From positions 1 to 54,645 of the forward strand of contig JBIOJX010000002.1 in assembly GCA_044451265.1 (NCBI GenBank): a DNA stretch of 54,645 nt, given 5' to 3'. The notes under the pieces are model-generated. The model was not told the origin of the DNA, did no database searches, and saw only the letters and a list, made by a program, of their open reading frames with translations. This document shows positions 1 through 8,723 of this stretch, piece by piece (positions within the stretch are counted from its first letter, which is position 1; the number at the start of each line of letters is the position of its first letter). A program made the position numbers and the translations under genes. This DNA comes from Desulfobaccales bacterium (GTDB lineage Bacteria; Desulfobacterota; Desulfobaccia; Desulfobaccales; 0-14-0-80-60-11).

Positions 1-2
1 AG

Positions 3-125
3 AAAGATTTACCACAGAGACACAGAGAGCCCAGAGAAACACAGAGTAGCTATAAAAAAATGGGGTGGTTTTACCACCCCATTTTTCTATCTTGGTGTCC
101 TTGGTGTCTCCGTGGTGAAATCTTT
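3..125. repeat. Imperfect inverted repeat (arms 3-23 and 104-125) enclosing an intrinsic terminator
   Basis: The left arm is aaagatttaccacagagacac. The reverse complement of the right arm is aaagatttcaccacggagacac, so the arms differ by one indel and one mismatch. CACAGAG-type motifs are reiterated inside. The left edge is cut by the window start. Confidence 0.6.
54..86. terminator. Bidirectional rho-independent terminator downstream of the phosphomannomutase gene
   Basis: An A7 run is followed by the stem atggggtgg / ccaccccat with loop tttta, then a T5 run. The structure is symmetric, so it could terminate transcription from either direction. Confidence 0.75.
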
Positions 126-1474
126 TACTTGAGCATCGCCAGGATTTCCGCGGTTTTTTCCTGCAGCAGGGTCGGGTTTTGGCGGGTCTCCACGTTGAGG
201 CGCAGGACCGGCTCGGTGTTGGAGGGCCGCAGGTTGAAGCGCCACTCGGGAAACTCCAGGCTGAGGCCATCGGTGCGATCCGAATTTTGCGCCTGAGGTC
301 CGAACCAATCTTCCACCCGCCGCAGGGCCGCTTCGGGGTCCGGGAGCTTGCGGTTGATTTCGCCGCTCACCGGAAAGCGGGCCAGGCGCTCCGCCATCAG
401 TTCCGAGAGTTTCCGACCACTGCGGCTCATCACCTCCAGCACCAGCAGCCAGGGGATCATGCCGCTGTCGCAGTAAGCGAAATCCCGGAAGTAATGGTGC
501 CCGGACATCTCCCCGCCATATAAGGCGTTTTCCGCCCGCATGCGCTCCTTGATGAAGGCGTGCCCGGTCTTGCTCATGATGGGGACGCCGCCGGCGGCCC
601 GTACCACCTCGATGGTGTTCCAGGTAAGCCGCGGGTCGTGGATGATGGCGGCCCCGGGGTGCCGCGCCAGCAGGGCCTGGGCCAGGAAGCCCACAAGGTA
701 GTACCCTTCGAGGAAGCCCCCCTGTTCATCAAAGAAGAAGCAACGGTCGAAGTCGCCGTCCCAGGCCAGGCCGACGTCGGCGCCATAATGGCGCACCGCG
801 GCGGCGGTGGCTTGCCGGTTCTCCGGCAGGAGCGGGTTGGGGACGCCATGCGGAAAAGTGGGGTCCGGCTCGTGGTGCACCTTGATGAGCCGGAAGGGTA
901 AATGTTGCTCCAGCCGGTCCAGTACCGGACCGGCGCAACCGTTGCCGGAATTAACCACCACTTTCAGGGGCTTCAGGGCGGCTAAATCTACATAACTGAG
1001 CAGGTGCGCGACGTAGGCCTCGAAGGCGTCGGTGGGTAGTAGGGCGCCGCGGTTTGGGACTACGGGCGGGAACTTCCCGGCCGCGGCCAGGGCCTCCAGG
1101 TCTCGCAGGCCGGTATCGCCGCTCACGGGGCGGGATTCCCGGCGCACCAGTTTCAGGCCGTTGTAGTCGGGAGGGTTATGGCTGGCGGTGACCATGATCC
1201 CGCCGTCGAGTTGCAGATGGCTGGTGTAGAAATAGACCTGCTCGGTGCCGCAAAGGCCCAGGTCCCAGACCTCGACGCCGCTGTCGTTGAGCCCCGCGGT
1301 CAGGGCCAGGGCCAGGGGCAGGCTGGAAGTGCGGATATCCCGGCCCAGGGCCACCTTCGCCGGGCGCAAGAAGGCGGCGTAGGCCCGGCCGATTTTGTAG
1401 GCCAGGTCTTCGTCAAGTTCCTCCGGGACCCGTCCCCGGACGTCATAAGCCTTGAAGCAGGAGAGTTTTGGCAT
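125..1474 (-). CDS. manB: Phosphomannomutase/phosphoglucomutase (alpha-D-phosphohexomutase family)
   Basis: The N-terminus [20 protein letters not shown] and the active-site loop [13 protein letters not shown] are typical of the family. The ORF-track start at 1573 adds 33 atypical residues, so I chose the internal ATG at 1474. Confidence 0.9.
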   Translation of the reverse strand: MPKLSCFKAYDVRGRVPEELDEDLAYKIGRAYAAFLRPAKVALGRDIRTSSLPLALALTAGLNDSGVEVWDLGLCGTEQVYFYTSHLQLDGGIMVTASHNPPDYNGLKLVRRESRPVSGDTGLRDLEALAAAGKFPPVVPNRGALLPTDAFEAYVAHLLSYVDLAALKPLKVVVNSGNGCAGPVLDRLEQHLPFRLIKVHHEPDPTFPHGVPNPLLPENRQATAAAVRHYGADVGLAWDGDFDRCFFFDEQGGFLEGYYLVGFLAQALLARHPGAAIIHDPRLTWNTIEVVRAAGGVPIMSKTGHAFIKERMRAENALYGGEMSGHHYFRDFAYCDSGMIPWLLVLEVMSRSGRKLSELMAERLARFPVSGEINRKLPDPEAALRRVEDWFGPQAQNSDRTDGLSLEFPEWRFNLRPSNTEPVLRLNVETRQNPTLLQEKTAEILAMLK

Positions 1475-1741
1475 GGTAAAAGTATTATATTTCAAAAAGC
1501 GAATTTTATGAATTCCAAATTTTGGATAAATCCCTCCCACCATGGGGGAGATTATAAAATATCCGGGCGCCATGGCTGCCTTTTTCGCGGGCGCCGCAGA
1601 ACCGGGTTGAGGTCGGGCAGGGGTTTTGATAGGATTGAGGAGCGGCGCGCTGGCCGCCGACCGGGATTGCCTCCCTGACCACTTTCAGGGGCTCTGATCT
1701 ATTCCCCGGCACTTTAGGCGTGGAGGTGTTCCATCAGCAAC

Positions 1742-2725
1742 CTGTCATCCTTACACGGCGCTCGCGTCCTGATCACCGGGGGCGCGGGCCTGATCGGCAG
1801 CACCATTGCCCACCTGGCGGTGCACTCCGGAGCCCAGGTCACCATCCTGGACGCGATGCTGCCGGTCTACGGCGGCAACCTCTTTAATCTGGAAGGCATC
1901 TTCGGGGCCATAAAGTTTGTCCAGGGCGATATCCGCGACGGCTCGCTGGTCAAGAGACTGGTGCGGGAGGCGGACCTCATCTTCAGCCTGGCCGGACAGG
2001 TGAGTTATGTGGACAGCAACACCGACCCCTTGCTGGACCTGGACATTAACTGCAAGGGACATTTGCAAGTACTGGAGGCCTGCCGCGAGGCCAAGTCCAG
2101 GGCCAGGCTGGTTTTCGCCAGTTCCAGATTTGTCTACGGTAAAATCGATTACAATCCGGTGGATGAAGGCCATCCGTTCAATTGTTTGAGCATCTACGGC
2201 ATCCACAAGCTGGCGGGAGAGAAGTATTACCGCTTCTATCAAGAGGCCTACGGCCTGGAAACAGTGAGTGTGCGTATCGCCAACCCGTATGGTCCCCGGC
2301 AGCAGATGAAACACAGCAAATACGGCATAGTCAACTGGTTCATCCGGCTGGCCCTGGAGGGCAAACCCCTGACCATCTATGGCGAGGGTCGGCAAGGACG
2401 GGACTATATCTTCGTCGAGGACCTGGCCGAGGCCATGCTGGCCCTGGCCCAGGCGCCGGCAGTCTCCGGGGAGGTTTATAATTTAGGCTCCGCCACCAGC
2501 ACGCCGTTCATCGAAATGGCCCGCCTGGTGGCGGCAGCCGTGCCCGGCACCCAGGTGCAGCAGGTGGAGTGGCCGGCGGACCGCTACTTCGTGGAAACCG
2601 GAGATTATATCAGCGATATCGGCAAGATCACCGGGGCCATGGGCTGGCGGCCCCGGACCCCCTTGAAGGAGGGGATCGAGCGAACAGTGGCTTATTACAC
2701 GAAGTATCGGGAGAAATACTGGTGA
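1742..2725 (+). CDS. NAD-dependent epimerase/dehydratase (extended SDR, UDP-sugar 4-epimerase-like)
   Basis: The Rossmann motif VLITGGAGLIGS is encoded at 1766-1801, upstream of the ORF-track GTG start at 1820. The catalytic YGIHKLAGEK (YxxxK) motif is present. No in-frame ATG, GTG or TTG lies between the stop at 1715 and the Rossmann motif. The start is therefore uncertain (CTG 1742 or ATC 1733, downstream of GGAGGTG at 1722-1728). Confidence 0.8.
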   Translation: MSSLHGARVLITGGAGLIGSTIAHLAVHSGAQVTILDAMLPVYGGNLFNLEGIFGAIKFVQGDIRDGSLVKRLVREADLIFSLAGQVSYVDSNTDPLLDLDINCKGHLQVLEACREAKSRARLVFASSRFVYGKIDYNPVDEGHPFNCLSIYGIHKLAGEKYYRFYQEAYGLETVSVRIANPYGPRQQMKHSKYGIVNWFIRLALEGKPLTIYGEGRQGRDYIFVEDLAEAMLALAQAPAVSGEVYNLGSATSTPFIEMARLVAAAVPGTQVQQVEWPADRYFVETGDYISDIGKITGAMGWRPRTPLKEGIERTVAYYTKYREKYW

Positions 2726-3128
2726 GTTGCGAGTTTTGAGAGCACCTTCATTTAAGCAAGTGGTCGGGAAATTTAAGTAATTCTCCCAGACACCTCCAGG
2801 CCAGCCAGAATCCGACCTGCGCCTGGCTAATTTGGATTTCCCGGGATTGGTGCGGTTAAGCTTCTTAACCTGACCCAGAAGCAAGATCTTGCCTGGATTT
2901 GCCCACCTGAATTTTTTAGTCCTCGGATTCTCGGAGTTTTCGGATTACCTTGAGGTCAGTTAAGAGCGCAGATTAATGACTTTCTTACCATGCGTTCTTT
3001 ATTTAAATAAAGAATTATGTTTCCATTAGAAATCTTTCTTCGAGAGACCATGGTTTTCAAAACTTCCCATAACTTTTTCCACCTGAAAATTAAAACCTTG
3101 GCCGAGAGATACTAAGGGGGCGAGGAGC

Positions 3129-5807
3129 ATGAAAAGAATTAGTGCTTTGATACTGGGTTTGTTGCTGAGCGCGGTTTTCACTTTGCCGGCTGGGGCCGGG
3201 ACCCTGACAGGCAACAAATTTTTTTATAAGCCAAGTCTGGGAGCCCGCGGCGACACCGAGAAAAAGACCTTTGATGCCGGCCTGGATCGAATCGACGCCC
3301 GCCTGGGCAAAGAAATTTGGGTGGGAGATCCGAACTATGGCACTACCCTACAGGATGCCATTACCGCCATCGGGAGTTCCCCGGCCATCCTACGCATTCC
3401 GGTCGGCTCCTGGGCCGTGGCCAAGGGCACGGTCATCCCCTCTAATGTTACCCTGAAGTTTGAAAACGGCGGCGTGCTTGATGTTTCCGGCCTCCTGGAC
3501 GCCCCTATTGAGGCCATGACCTCGGAGACGGCCTGCAAGGTCACCGTGACCAATCACGGTTTGCAGACCGGGAATTACGTCATTTTCTACAACATCCAGC
3601 AATGCTACGTTTCCGACAACACCCATAGTGCCACCCATGCCAACGAGTGGAGTAACAACAATGAGTACCTTTATCAGGTTACGGTAGTTGACGCCAATAA
3701 CTTCACGGTCCCGATTAACTCTAGCACTTATCACGCCTACAACGCCTCCACCGATCCGGGCAGAGTCTGCACGCCGTTGCAAATTCTTGGGCATATTGAC
3801 GCCGGGAAACGAAAAATCTTTAATATCAAGGCCCCCTGTCAAGTCAAGTTTACTAATAATTATAGTTCCTATAATGTCAATGACCACAAATCACAGATGG
3901 ATGTTTACCCGGAATGGTTTGGGGCGGTAGGCGACGGCCGCACCACTGACGACCTGCTGGCCCTCGACGCCAGTTTTCACGCCCTGAAGTATTACGACCT
4001 GGCGGTGGGGACCATCCATCTGTCTAACTTTTACGGAGTATCGAACACCTGGAGCCTGAACGAGATCGCCAAATCATCCATAGGAAATTTATACGTCATC
4101 GGCAATGGCCGCAACAACTGCGGCCTCGTGGGATTGGTGCCCTCAGCCGGGACCGGCTGCGACGGCAAGCCGGTGATCGAGGCCATCGCCGCGGCTAATT
4201 TGCGCTTTAAGGGATTTGGCATCTACGGCACTTCCAAGCATACCTGGGAAACGCAACCTCCCGGTGCTCCGAGTGTCGGTTTGCTGCTGGGGGCGTCGCA
4301 GACCTCAATAAATGGGGCTGACAGCATTTTTGACGACATGTATTTCTACGGCTGGTTTAAATATGGCTGGGTAATGAACCGGGGCCATGCGCAATCTACC
4401 TTTAACAATCAAGAAGGTGAAGTCTATGCCTGGTACGATGGAGTCACCCCCACCTACGCCTTTAATTACTTCTTCGGAGCCGGAGACCGCCCCCTGATCT
4501 GGCCCGCCCTGGTGCCTACCAACGACGCCTGGAATACCTGGGCACCCAACCGTGATGTCAAAGATACGGTGTGTAATATTATTAAGACGGTTACTCATGG
4601 AACCATGGCACCGGGAAATGCCTGCATCTATCAGGATAAGGCTGGCCCACAGTTGTCAGGCATCCTTTGTGGTGCTGTCCATGATTATTTTGTTTATTGC
4701 TGCAATGGTCTTGTGGATATTGTTGAAAGTGGCGGCGATGGTCACGGGGCGATTGCTGGTGTTTATGTCTGTAGTGATAGTGGAGGTTCAGGCTATCCTC
4801 TCTGCACTTCTAAAGTAAGGATAGATACCGTTGGCAATACCGTTGCTAATGGTATCTTTTTAATGACCGATGCCTATACTACATTGATCAACTCGAAGGT
4901 CTCTTATATCTTTGGGAATAACGGCTATAAAATTCAACTTGGAGCAGGTATTAGTTATAGCAGGTTTGAAAACCTCTGGAGCAACCTAACCTCATTCACC
5001 GTAGCCGGAGAAGTGCGGGGAAGCTACATCGAAGTCCCGGAGAGTTGCGCAAACTTTAACATCGTTACAGGTGCCGACTCCGGCACTATTGTTGTGCGCC
5101 AAGGGCCTTATTACTATGGCGGCAGACAAACTACCATTGCCGGTAACTTGCACTTGGGGATGCCTGATGTCACTACCGTACCCACCTTGACCCTGACGCC
5201 TTATAAGATGACCTGGGCGGCAGCCGCGCCCACCACGGGAAGTTGGCCTCAAGGTTCGGTAATCTGGAAAATCGGGGCGGCGGCGGGCAGTTCGCCCGGA
5301 TGGTTCTGCAACCTGGACAACAGCTGCGGGACACTGAACAGCGGGGCCACCACCGGCAGTATCACCACCGGCACGAAACTATTAACCGTAACCTCTGTCA
5401 CTGGTTTGAAGATTGGCGACTTCATCGATGTCGTCGCCGATGCCGGGGGAAATGCGGTGAGCAAGGGGCGGGTGGTAAACATTGACGCCACGGGCATGGT
5501 AGTGACCCTGGCGGCTAACGCCACAGCCACCGCCACTGCCAAGGCGGTCAGTTATCATAATGAGACCACGGCGGCCGCCTTTAGTCCGATGCCCCCCACC
5601 GGGGCCCGCAACTCCGGGGTCACCGGGACCATTGCCACCGGCACGGCCGTCACTCACGGCCTGGGTGTTGCTCCGACTAAGGTCTTGCTGACCTCGGTTG
5701 ATGGTGTGCCCACCGGGATTTACCCCGGTACCTTTGGCACGTCCACCTTTGTGATCAATTTTGCCGGCGGCGGCTCCCATGCCTTCTATTGGGAAGCCAT
5801 CCAATAA
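3129..5807 (+). CDS. Secreted right-handed beta-helix protein (pectate-lyase-superfamily / tailspike-like), putative polysaccharide depolymerase
   Basis: There is a signal peptide, MKRISALILGLLLSAVFTLPAGAG. The motif YPEWFGAVGDGRTTDDLLALDASF resembles the Pectate_lyase_3 N-terminal motif. The middle is long and Gly/Asn/Thr-rich. The C-terminal GSWPQGSVIWKIGAAAGSSPGWFC motif resembles tail-fibre C-termini. A purine-rich SD (gggggcgaggag) precedes the ATG. Confidence 0.6.
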   Translation: MKRISALILGLLLSAVFTLPAGAGTLTGNKFFYKPSLGARGDTEKKTFDAGLDRIDARLGKEIWVGDPNYGTTLQDAITAIGSSPAILRIPVGSWAVAKGTVIPSNVTLKFENGGVLDVSGLLDAPIEAMTSETACKVTVTNHGLQTGNYVIFYNIQQCYVSDNTHSATHANEWSNNNEYLYQVTVVDANNFTVPINSSTYHAYNASTDPGRVCTPLQILGHIDAGKRKIFNIKAPCQVKFTNNYSSYNVNDHKSQMDVYPEWFGAVGDGRTTDDLLALDASFHALKYYDLAVGTIHLSNFYGVSNTWSLNEIAKSSIGNLYVIGNGRNNCGLVGLVPSAGTGCDGKPVIEAIAAANLRFKGFGIYGTSKHTWETQPPGAPSVGLLLGASQTSINGADSIFDDMYFYGWFKYGWVMNRGHAQSTFNNQEGEVYAWYDGVTPTYAFNYFFGAGDRPLIWPALVPTNDAWNTWAPNRDVKDTVCNIIKTVTHGTMAPGNACIYQDKAGPQLSGILCGAVHDYFVYCCNGLVDIVESGGDGHGAIAGVYVCSDSGGSGYPLCTSKVRIDTVGNTVANGIFLMTDAYTTLINSKVSYIFGNNGYKIQLGAGISYSRFENLWSNLTSFTVAGEVRGSYIEVPESCANFNIVTGADSGTIVVRQGPYYYGGRQTTIAGNLHLGMPDVTTVPTLTLTPYKMTWAAAAPTTGSWPQGSVIWKIGAAAGSSPGWFCNLDNSCGTLNSGATTGSITTGTKLLTVTSVTGLKIGDFIDVVADAGGNAVSKGRVVNIDATGMVVTLAANATATATAKAVSYHNETTAAAFSPMPPTGARNSGVTGTIATGTAVTHGLGVAPTKVLLTSVDGVPTGIYPGTFGTSTFVINFAGGGSHAFYWEAIQ

Positions 5808-5834
5808 AGGAGTCATCACTGATCAACGGGTGTG

Positions 5835-5864
5835 GTGCATTAACGGCCCAGGCCGTTAATGCAC
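5835..5864. terminator. Perfect 14-bp-arm palindrome (possible terminator or operator) downstream of the beta-helix gene
   Basis: The sequence is gtgcattaacggcc-ca-ggccgttaatgcac. No T-tract follows, so its function as an intrinsic terminator is uncertain. Confidence 0.45.
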
Positions 5865-6375
5865 TGGCGAATTTGGGCAGTCGAGGCCTGCCCTGACTGC
5901 GACGAGTAGATAGATTTTCAGGGGGAGGCTTCGGCCTGGTTCAAAACCTGAACCAAATGTTCAAGAAGTGCACCGCGCTAGTATTTACCTCGATATTCCT
6001 AGAATCTAATCCTTCGCAGTTCTGCCGGGAGCCCCAGGTCCAGGTTTGTTCGCAAGCGACCAGGCTATGGGTGGCTCTCCAACCCTCCGAGGAGGTTCCT
6101 TGCGGAATTCAGGCATCGGGTTTGCATGAGCCTCTGGCAGACGTGGGAATTTTTTTGTCCGGATTAAGGCAATAGGCTGAATGGCAGAATATGCGGGGGA
6201 GCGAAAAATTACCAGATTTAATTATGCAAAATGAGGCAAATTATTTAATCTTTGGGAACCTCTGCTGGCCGCAGTGGTGGTCAAAAAGGCGGTGCAGGTC
6301 TTGCCCTGGGGCCATAAAATTCTTTCAATGCAAATCAAATCGAGATATATTCATAGCCATCAAGGAAGCTATCCT

Positions 6376-6663
6376 ATGGCAACCGTATCTTTGACAGCAA
6401 AAATTTCTATCCCGAAGCATGTCCTGGTCCGGGTTTTTCAAAACGAATCGGTTCTCCTCAATTTGGACAGTGAATTTTATCATGGCCTGGATGACGTGGG
6501 AACCCACATGTGGCAGGCGGTCACCCAGTCCAAGACCATCCAGGATGCCTACGACTTGCTGCAGTCGGAGTTCGAAGTCGACCCCGCAACTTTGAAAAAA
6601 GATCTGAACGATTTCATCGAAAGGCTGGTGCAGCGTGGGCTGGTGGAGATCCACGAGCGCTAA
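6376..6663 (+). CDS. Lasso peptide biosynthesis B1 protein (PqqD-family RiPP recognition element)
   Basis: The sequence LLNLDSEFYHGLDDVGTHMWQAV...TIQDAYDLLQSEFEVDPATLKKDLNDFIERLVQRGLVEI matches the PqqD/RRE pattern. The ATG at 6376 is preceded by AAGGAAG. The ORF-track start at 6274 adds an unlikely extension. Confidence 0.85.
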   Translation: MATVSLTAKISIPKHVLVRVFQNESVLLNLDSEFYHGLDDVGTHMWQAVTQSKTIQDAYDLLQSEFEVDPATLKKDLNDFIERLVQRGLVEIHER

Positions 6664-7135
6664 CTGGCACAAGTTTTGGAGGCTGGCCCGGCCGGAGAAG
6701 ACTTTGCTGGCCCAAGCTTTCCTGACTCTGCCGCTGATCGCCGTGGGGCTGCTCTGGCCGGGCTTTCGACGCCTGCACGCCTGCTTGGTCAGGTGGCAGC
6801 GCCCAGCTGGCCATCCGGGACCTGAGCCGGGGGCCGGACCATGGCCGCAAGCCTGCGTCACGGCCCGCCTGGTGCGGATCGCGGCGCGCTACAGCCTGAT
6901 TCGCCTCAACTGCCTGCCCAAGTCCCTGGCCCTCTGGTGGTTGCTGCACCGCCAGGGGATCGGCTCTGACCTGCGCATCGGGGTCACTCCCAAGGAAGGT
7001 CGCCTCGAAGCGCATGCCTGGGTGGAATTTCAGGGCGTTCCGCTGAACGATCAGGACGACGTGCACGAACGCTTTGCACCTTTTCATGAAACCATAACGC
7101 CACCGGAAGCGCTGGGCCGCCTGCGCGGCCTCTAG
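6635..7135 (+). CDS. Lasso peptide biosynthesis B2 protein (transglutaminase-like Cys protease, leader peptidase)
   Basis: CLPKSLALWWLLHRQGIGSDLRIGV...LEAHAWVEFQGVPLNDQDD carries the Cys...His...Asp signature of McjB-type B2 proteins. The GTG start overlaps the end of B1 by 29 nt. Confidence 0.85.
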   Translation: MGWWRSTSANWHKFWRLARPEKTLLAQAFLTLPLIAVGLLWPGFRRLHACLVRWQRPAGHPGPEPGAGPWPQACVTARLVRIAARYSLIRLNCLPKSLALWWLLHRQGIGSDLRIGVTPKEGRLEAHAWVEFQGVPLNDQDDVHERFAPFHETITPPEALGRLRGL

Positions 7136-7181
7136 CCAGTTCTGCCCTGTTTAACCCCTGGTTTTCTTTGGTAGGCTGTAA

Positions 7182-8723
7182 ATGGAAATGCGGAAAGAAG
7201 CAGCCCCCCCTTTAGCCCCGGATAGCGGTATTTTCCTGATGGAAAATCATGACGAGGCTTATCGGGTCTGGCGTGAAGCGGGGGTACACGAAAAAATTCT
7301 GGTGCATATCGATGCCCACGATGATCTGGTCTGGAATCCAGATCAGGGCTCCATTAATATTGCCAACTTCATCTGTCCCGCCTTGAAGGAGGGCATGATC
7401 AGGGAAGTCTTTTGGGTGGTCCCTGATCGGACCTGGGAGGATGCCGCCAGCCGCAAGTCTTTGGTACGGCGTTTGCATAAATTATTGGCAAAATACCCCG
7501 GCAAGCCGCATCCCCTCAAAGTGGAAAGAGACCTGATTGCCGGGGCAATTTTGGGGAGGCCCCTGCGGGTGTGCACGTTGCAGAGCCTGCCCCTGATAAG
7601 CGAAAAAGTCCTACTCGATATCGACGTGGATTATCTGGTGATTCCCAAGGCCTGCCACTCCAGCGACCAATATCAGGGACTTCCCTGGTGCTGGCCCGAC
7701 GCCTTAGCGGCCGGGCTCAAGGCCAGGGGTATCCAGGCTGAACTGGTGACCATCGCCTATTCGGTGGAGGGCGGCTACACCCCCTTGCAGTGGAAATACC
7801 TGGGCGATGAAATGGCCCGGCGCCTGGATGGGGTTCAAGATCACGAGCCGTTTCTGCGCGGGATGGCCCTGCTGCGGGAGGGAGCCCAAGCCGAGGCTGG
7901 GGGGAATCTGACCCAGGCGGCGCAAACCTATCTTCAGGCCAGGGAGTTTCTCCCGGACAACCCTGCCCTCGACTTCCGCCTGGCAAACGCTTACGCCGAT
8001 ATGGGGAGACCAACCGACGCCCAGGAGTGCCACCGGCGGGCTCGCGAACTGGACCCCGCTTACGGTACCGCTTATGGCAGCGGCGGGATCTGGTATTACT
8101 GGGACCGGCGCTACCCCGAGGCCGAACAGGAGCACCGGCGCACCCTAATTTTGAATCCGGCAGACGCTTACGCCCATTTCGGCCTGGGACAACTGGCGGT
8201 CCGCCGCAAGCGCTGGCAAGAGGCGGAGGTCTGGCTGGGCCAGTCCTTGGAACTTGACGACCATCTGGTGGATGCCTGGCGCACGTTGGGAAAGGTTCTG
8301 GCGAAGCGAGGTCGCGGTCCGGAGGCCATTGAGGCCTACGAAAGATCGCTGCACTTGAGCCTACGGGGCTATCTGCCCATAGGGGCTCCCATCTTTTCCC
8401 ACAATGACCGCGGCCTGCTCCTGGACCCCGATCATTTCCAGGTGCATACGATTTTGGGTAGCCTTTATGCTTTACAGGGAAAGATTGATGCTGCTATAAT
8501 TTCGCTGCGTATGGGTATAGCGGCTGGCGACAATGGCTGTATGGTCCGAGTCTCCCTGGCCCGGCTTTACTTGAAAAAACGGCAGTGGAACGAGGTTGGA
8601 CCGGAACTCTGGGCCGGCATCAAAGTGATCCCTCGGGATATCGGAAACGCACTCCAGCGAGCCTGGTATCACCTTCGTCGAGCTTTTAAAGCAAAATACC
8701 GGGTGCTAAAGGGCGCAGGATGA
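7182..8723 (+). CDS. UPF0489-domain (arginase/deacetylase-fold) protein fused to C-terminal TPR repeats
   Basis: The N-terminal motifs ENHDEAY, LVHIDAHDDL, LLDIDVDYL and LVTIAYS match the UPF0489 pattern, which resembles the DAHxD and DxD metal motifs of ureohydrolases. The C-terminal half has repeated A-x-Y-x-x-A/L-E-L-D/N-P TPR-like units. The stop overlaps the cyclase start (ATGA). Confidence 0.65.
   Translation: MEMRKEAAPPLAPDSGIFLMENHDEAYRVWREAGVHEKILVHIDAHDDLVWNPDQGSINIANFICPALKEGMIREVFWVVPDRTWEDAASRKSLVRRLHKLLAKYPGKPHPLKVERDLIAGAILGRPLRVCTLQSLPLISEKVLLDIDVDYLVIPKACHSSDQYQGLPWCWPDALAAGLKARGIQAELVTIAYSVEGGYTPLQWKYLGDEMARRLDGVQDHEPFLRGMALLREGAQAEAGGNLTQAAQTYLQAREFLPDNPALDFRLANAYADMGRPTDAQECHRRARELDPAYGTAYGSGGIWYYWDRRYPEAEQEHRRTLILNPADAYAHFGLGQLAVRRKRWQEAEVWLGQSLELDDHLVDAWRTLGKVLAKRGRGPEAIEAYERSLHLSLRGYLPIGAPIFSHNDRGLLLDPDHFQVHTILGSLYALQGKIDAAIISLRMGIAAGDNGCMVRVSLARLYLKKRQWNEVGPELWAGIKVIPRDIGNALQRAWYHLRRAFKAKYRVLKGAG

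Noticed and set aside
5957-6394. ORF-track ORFs 5957-6175 (72 aa) and 6191-6394 (67 aa) as extra precursor or regulator genes of the lasso locus.
   Set aside because: They have no SD, no lasso-leader motif and no family resemblance. The second overlaps the better-supported B1 start region.
6661-6680. A TGGCACA-agtt-TTGGA sigma-54-like string.
   Set aside because: The -12 element is GG rather than GC. The site lies inside the B2 coding region immediately after the B1 stop, so it is probably a chance match.
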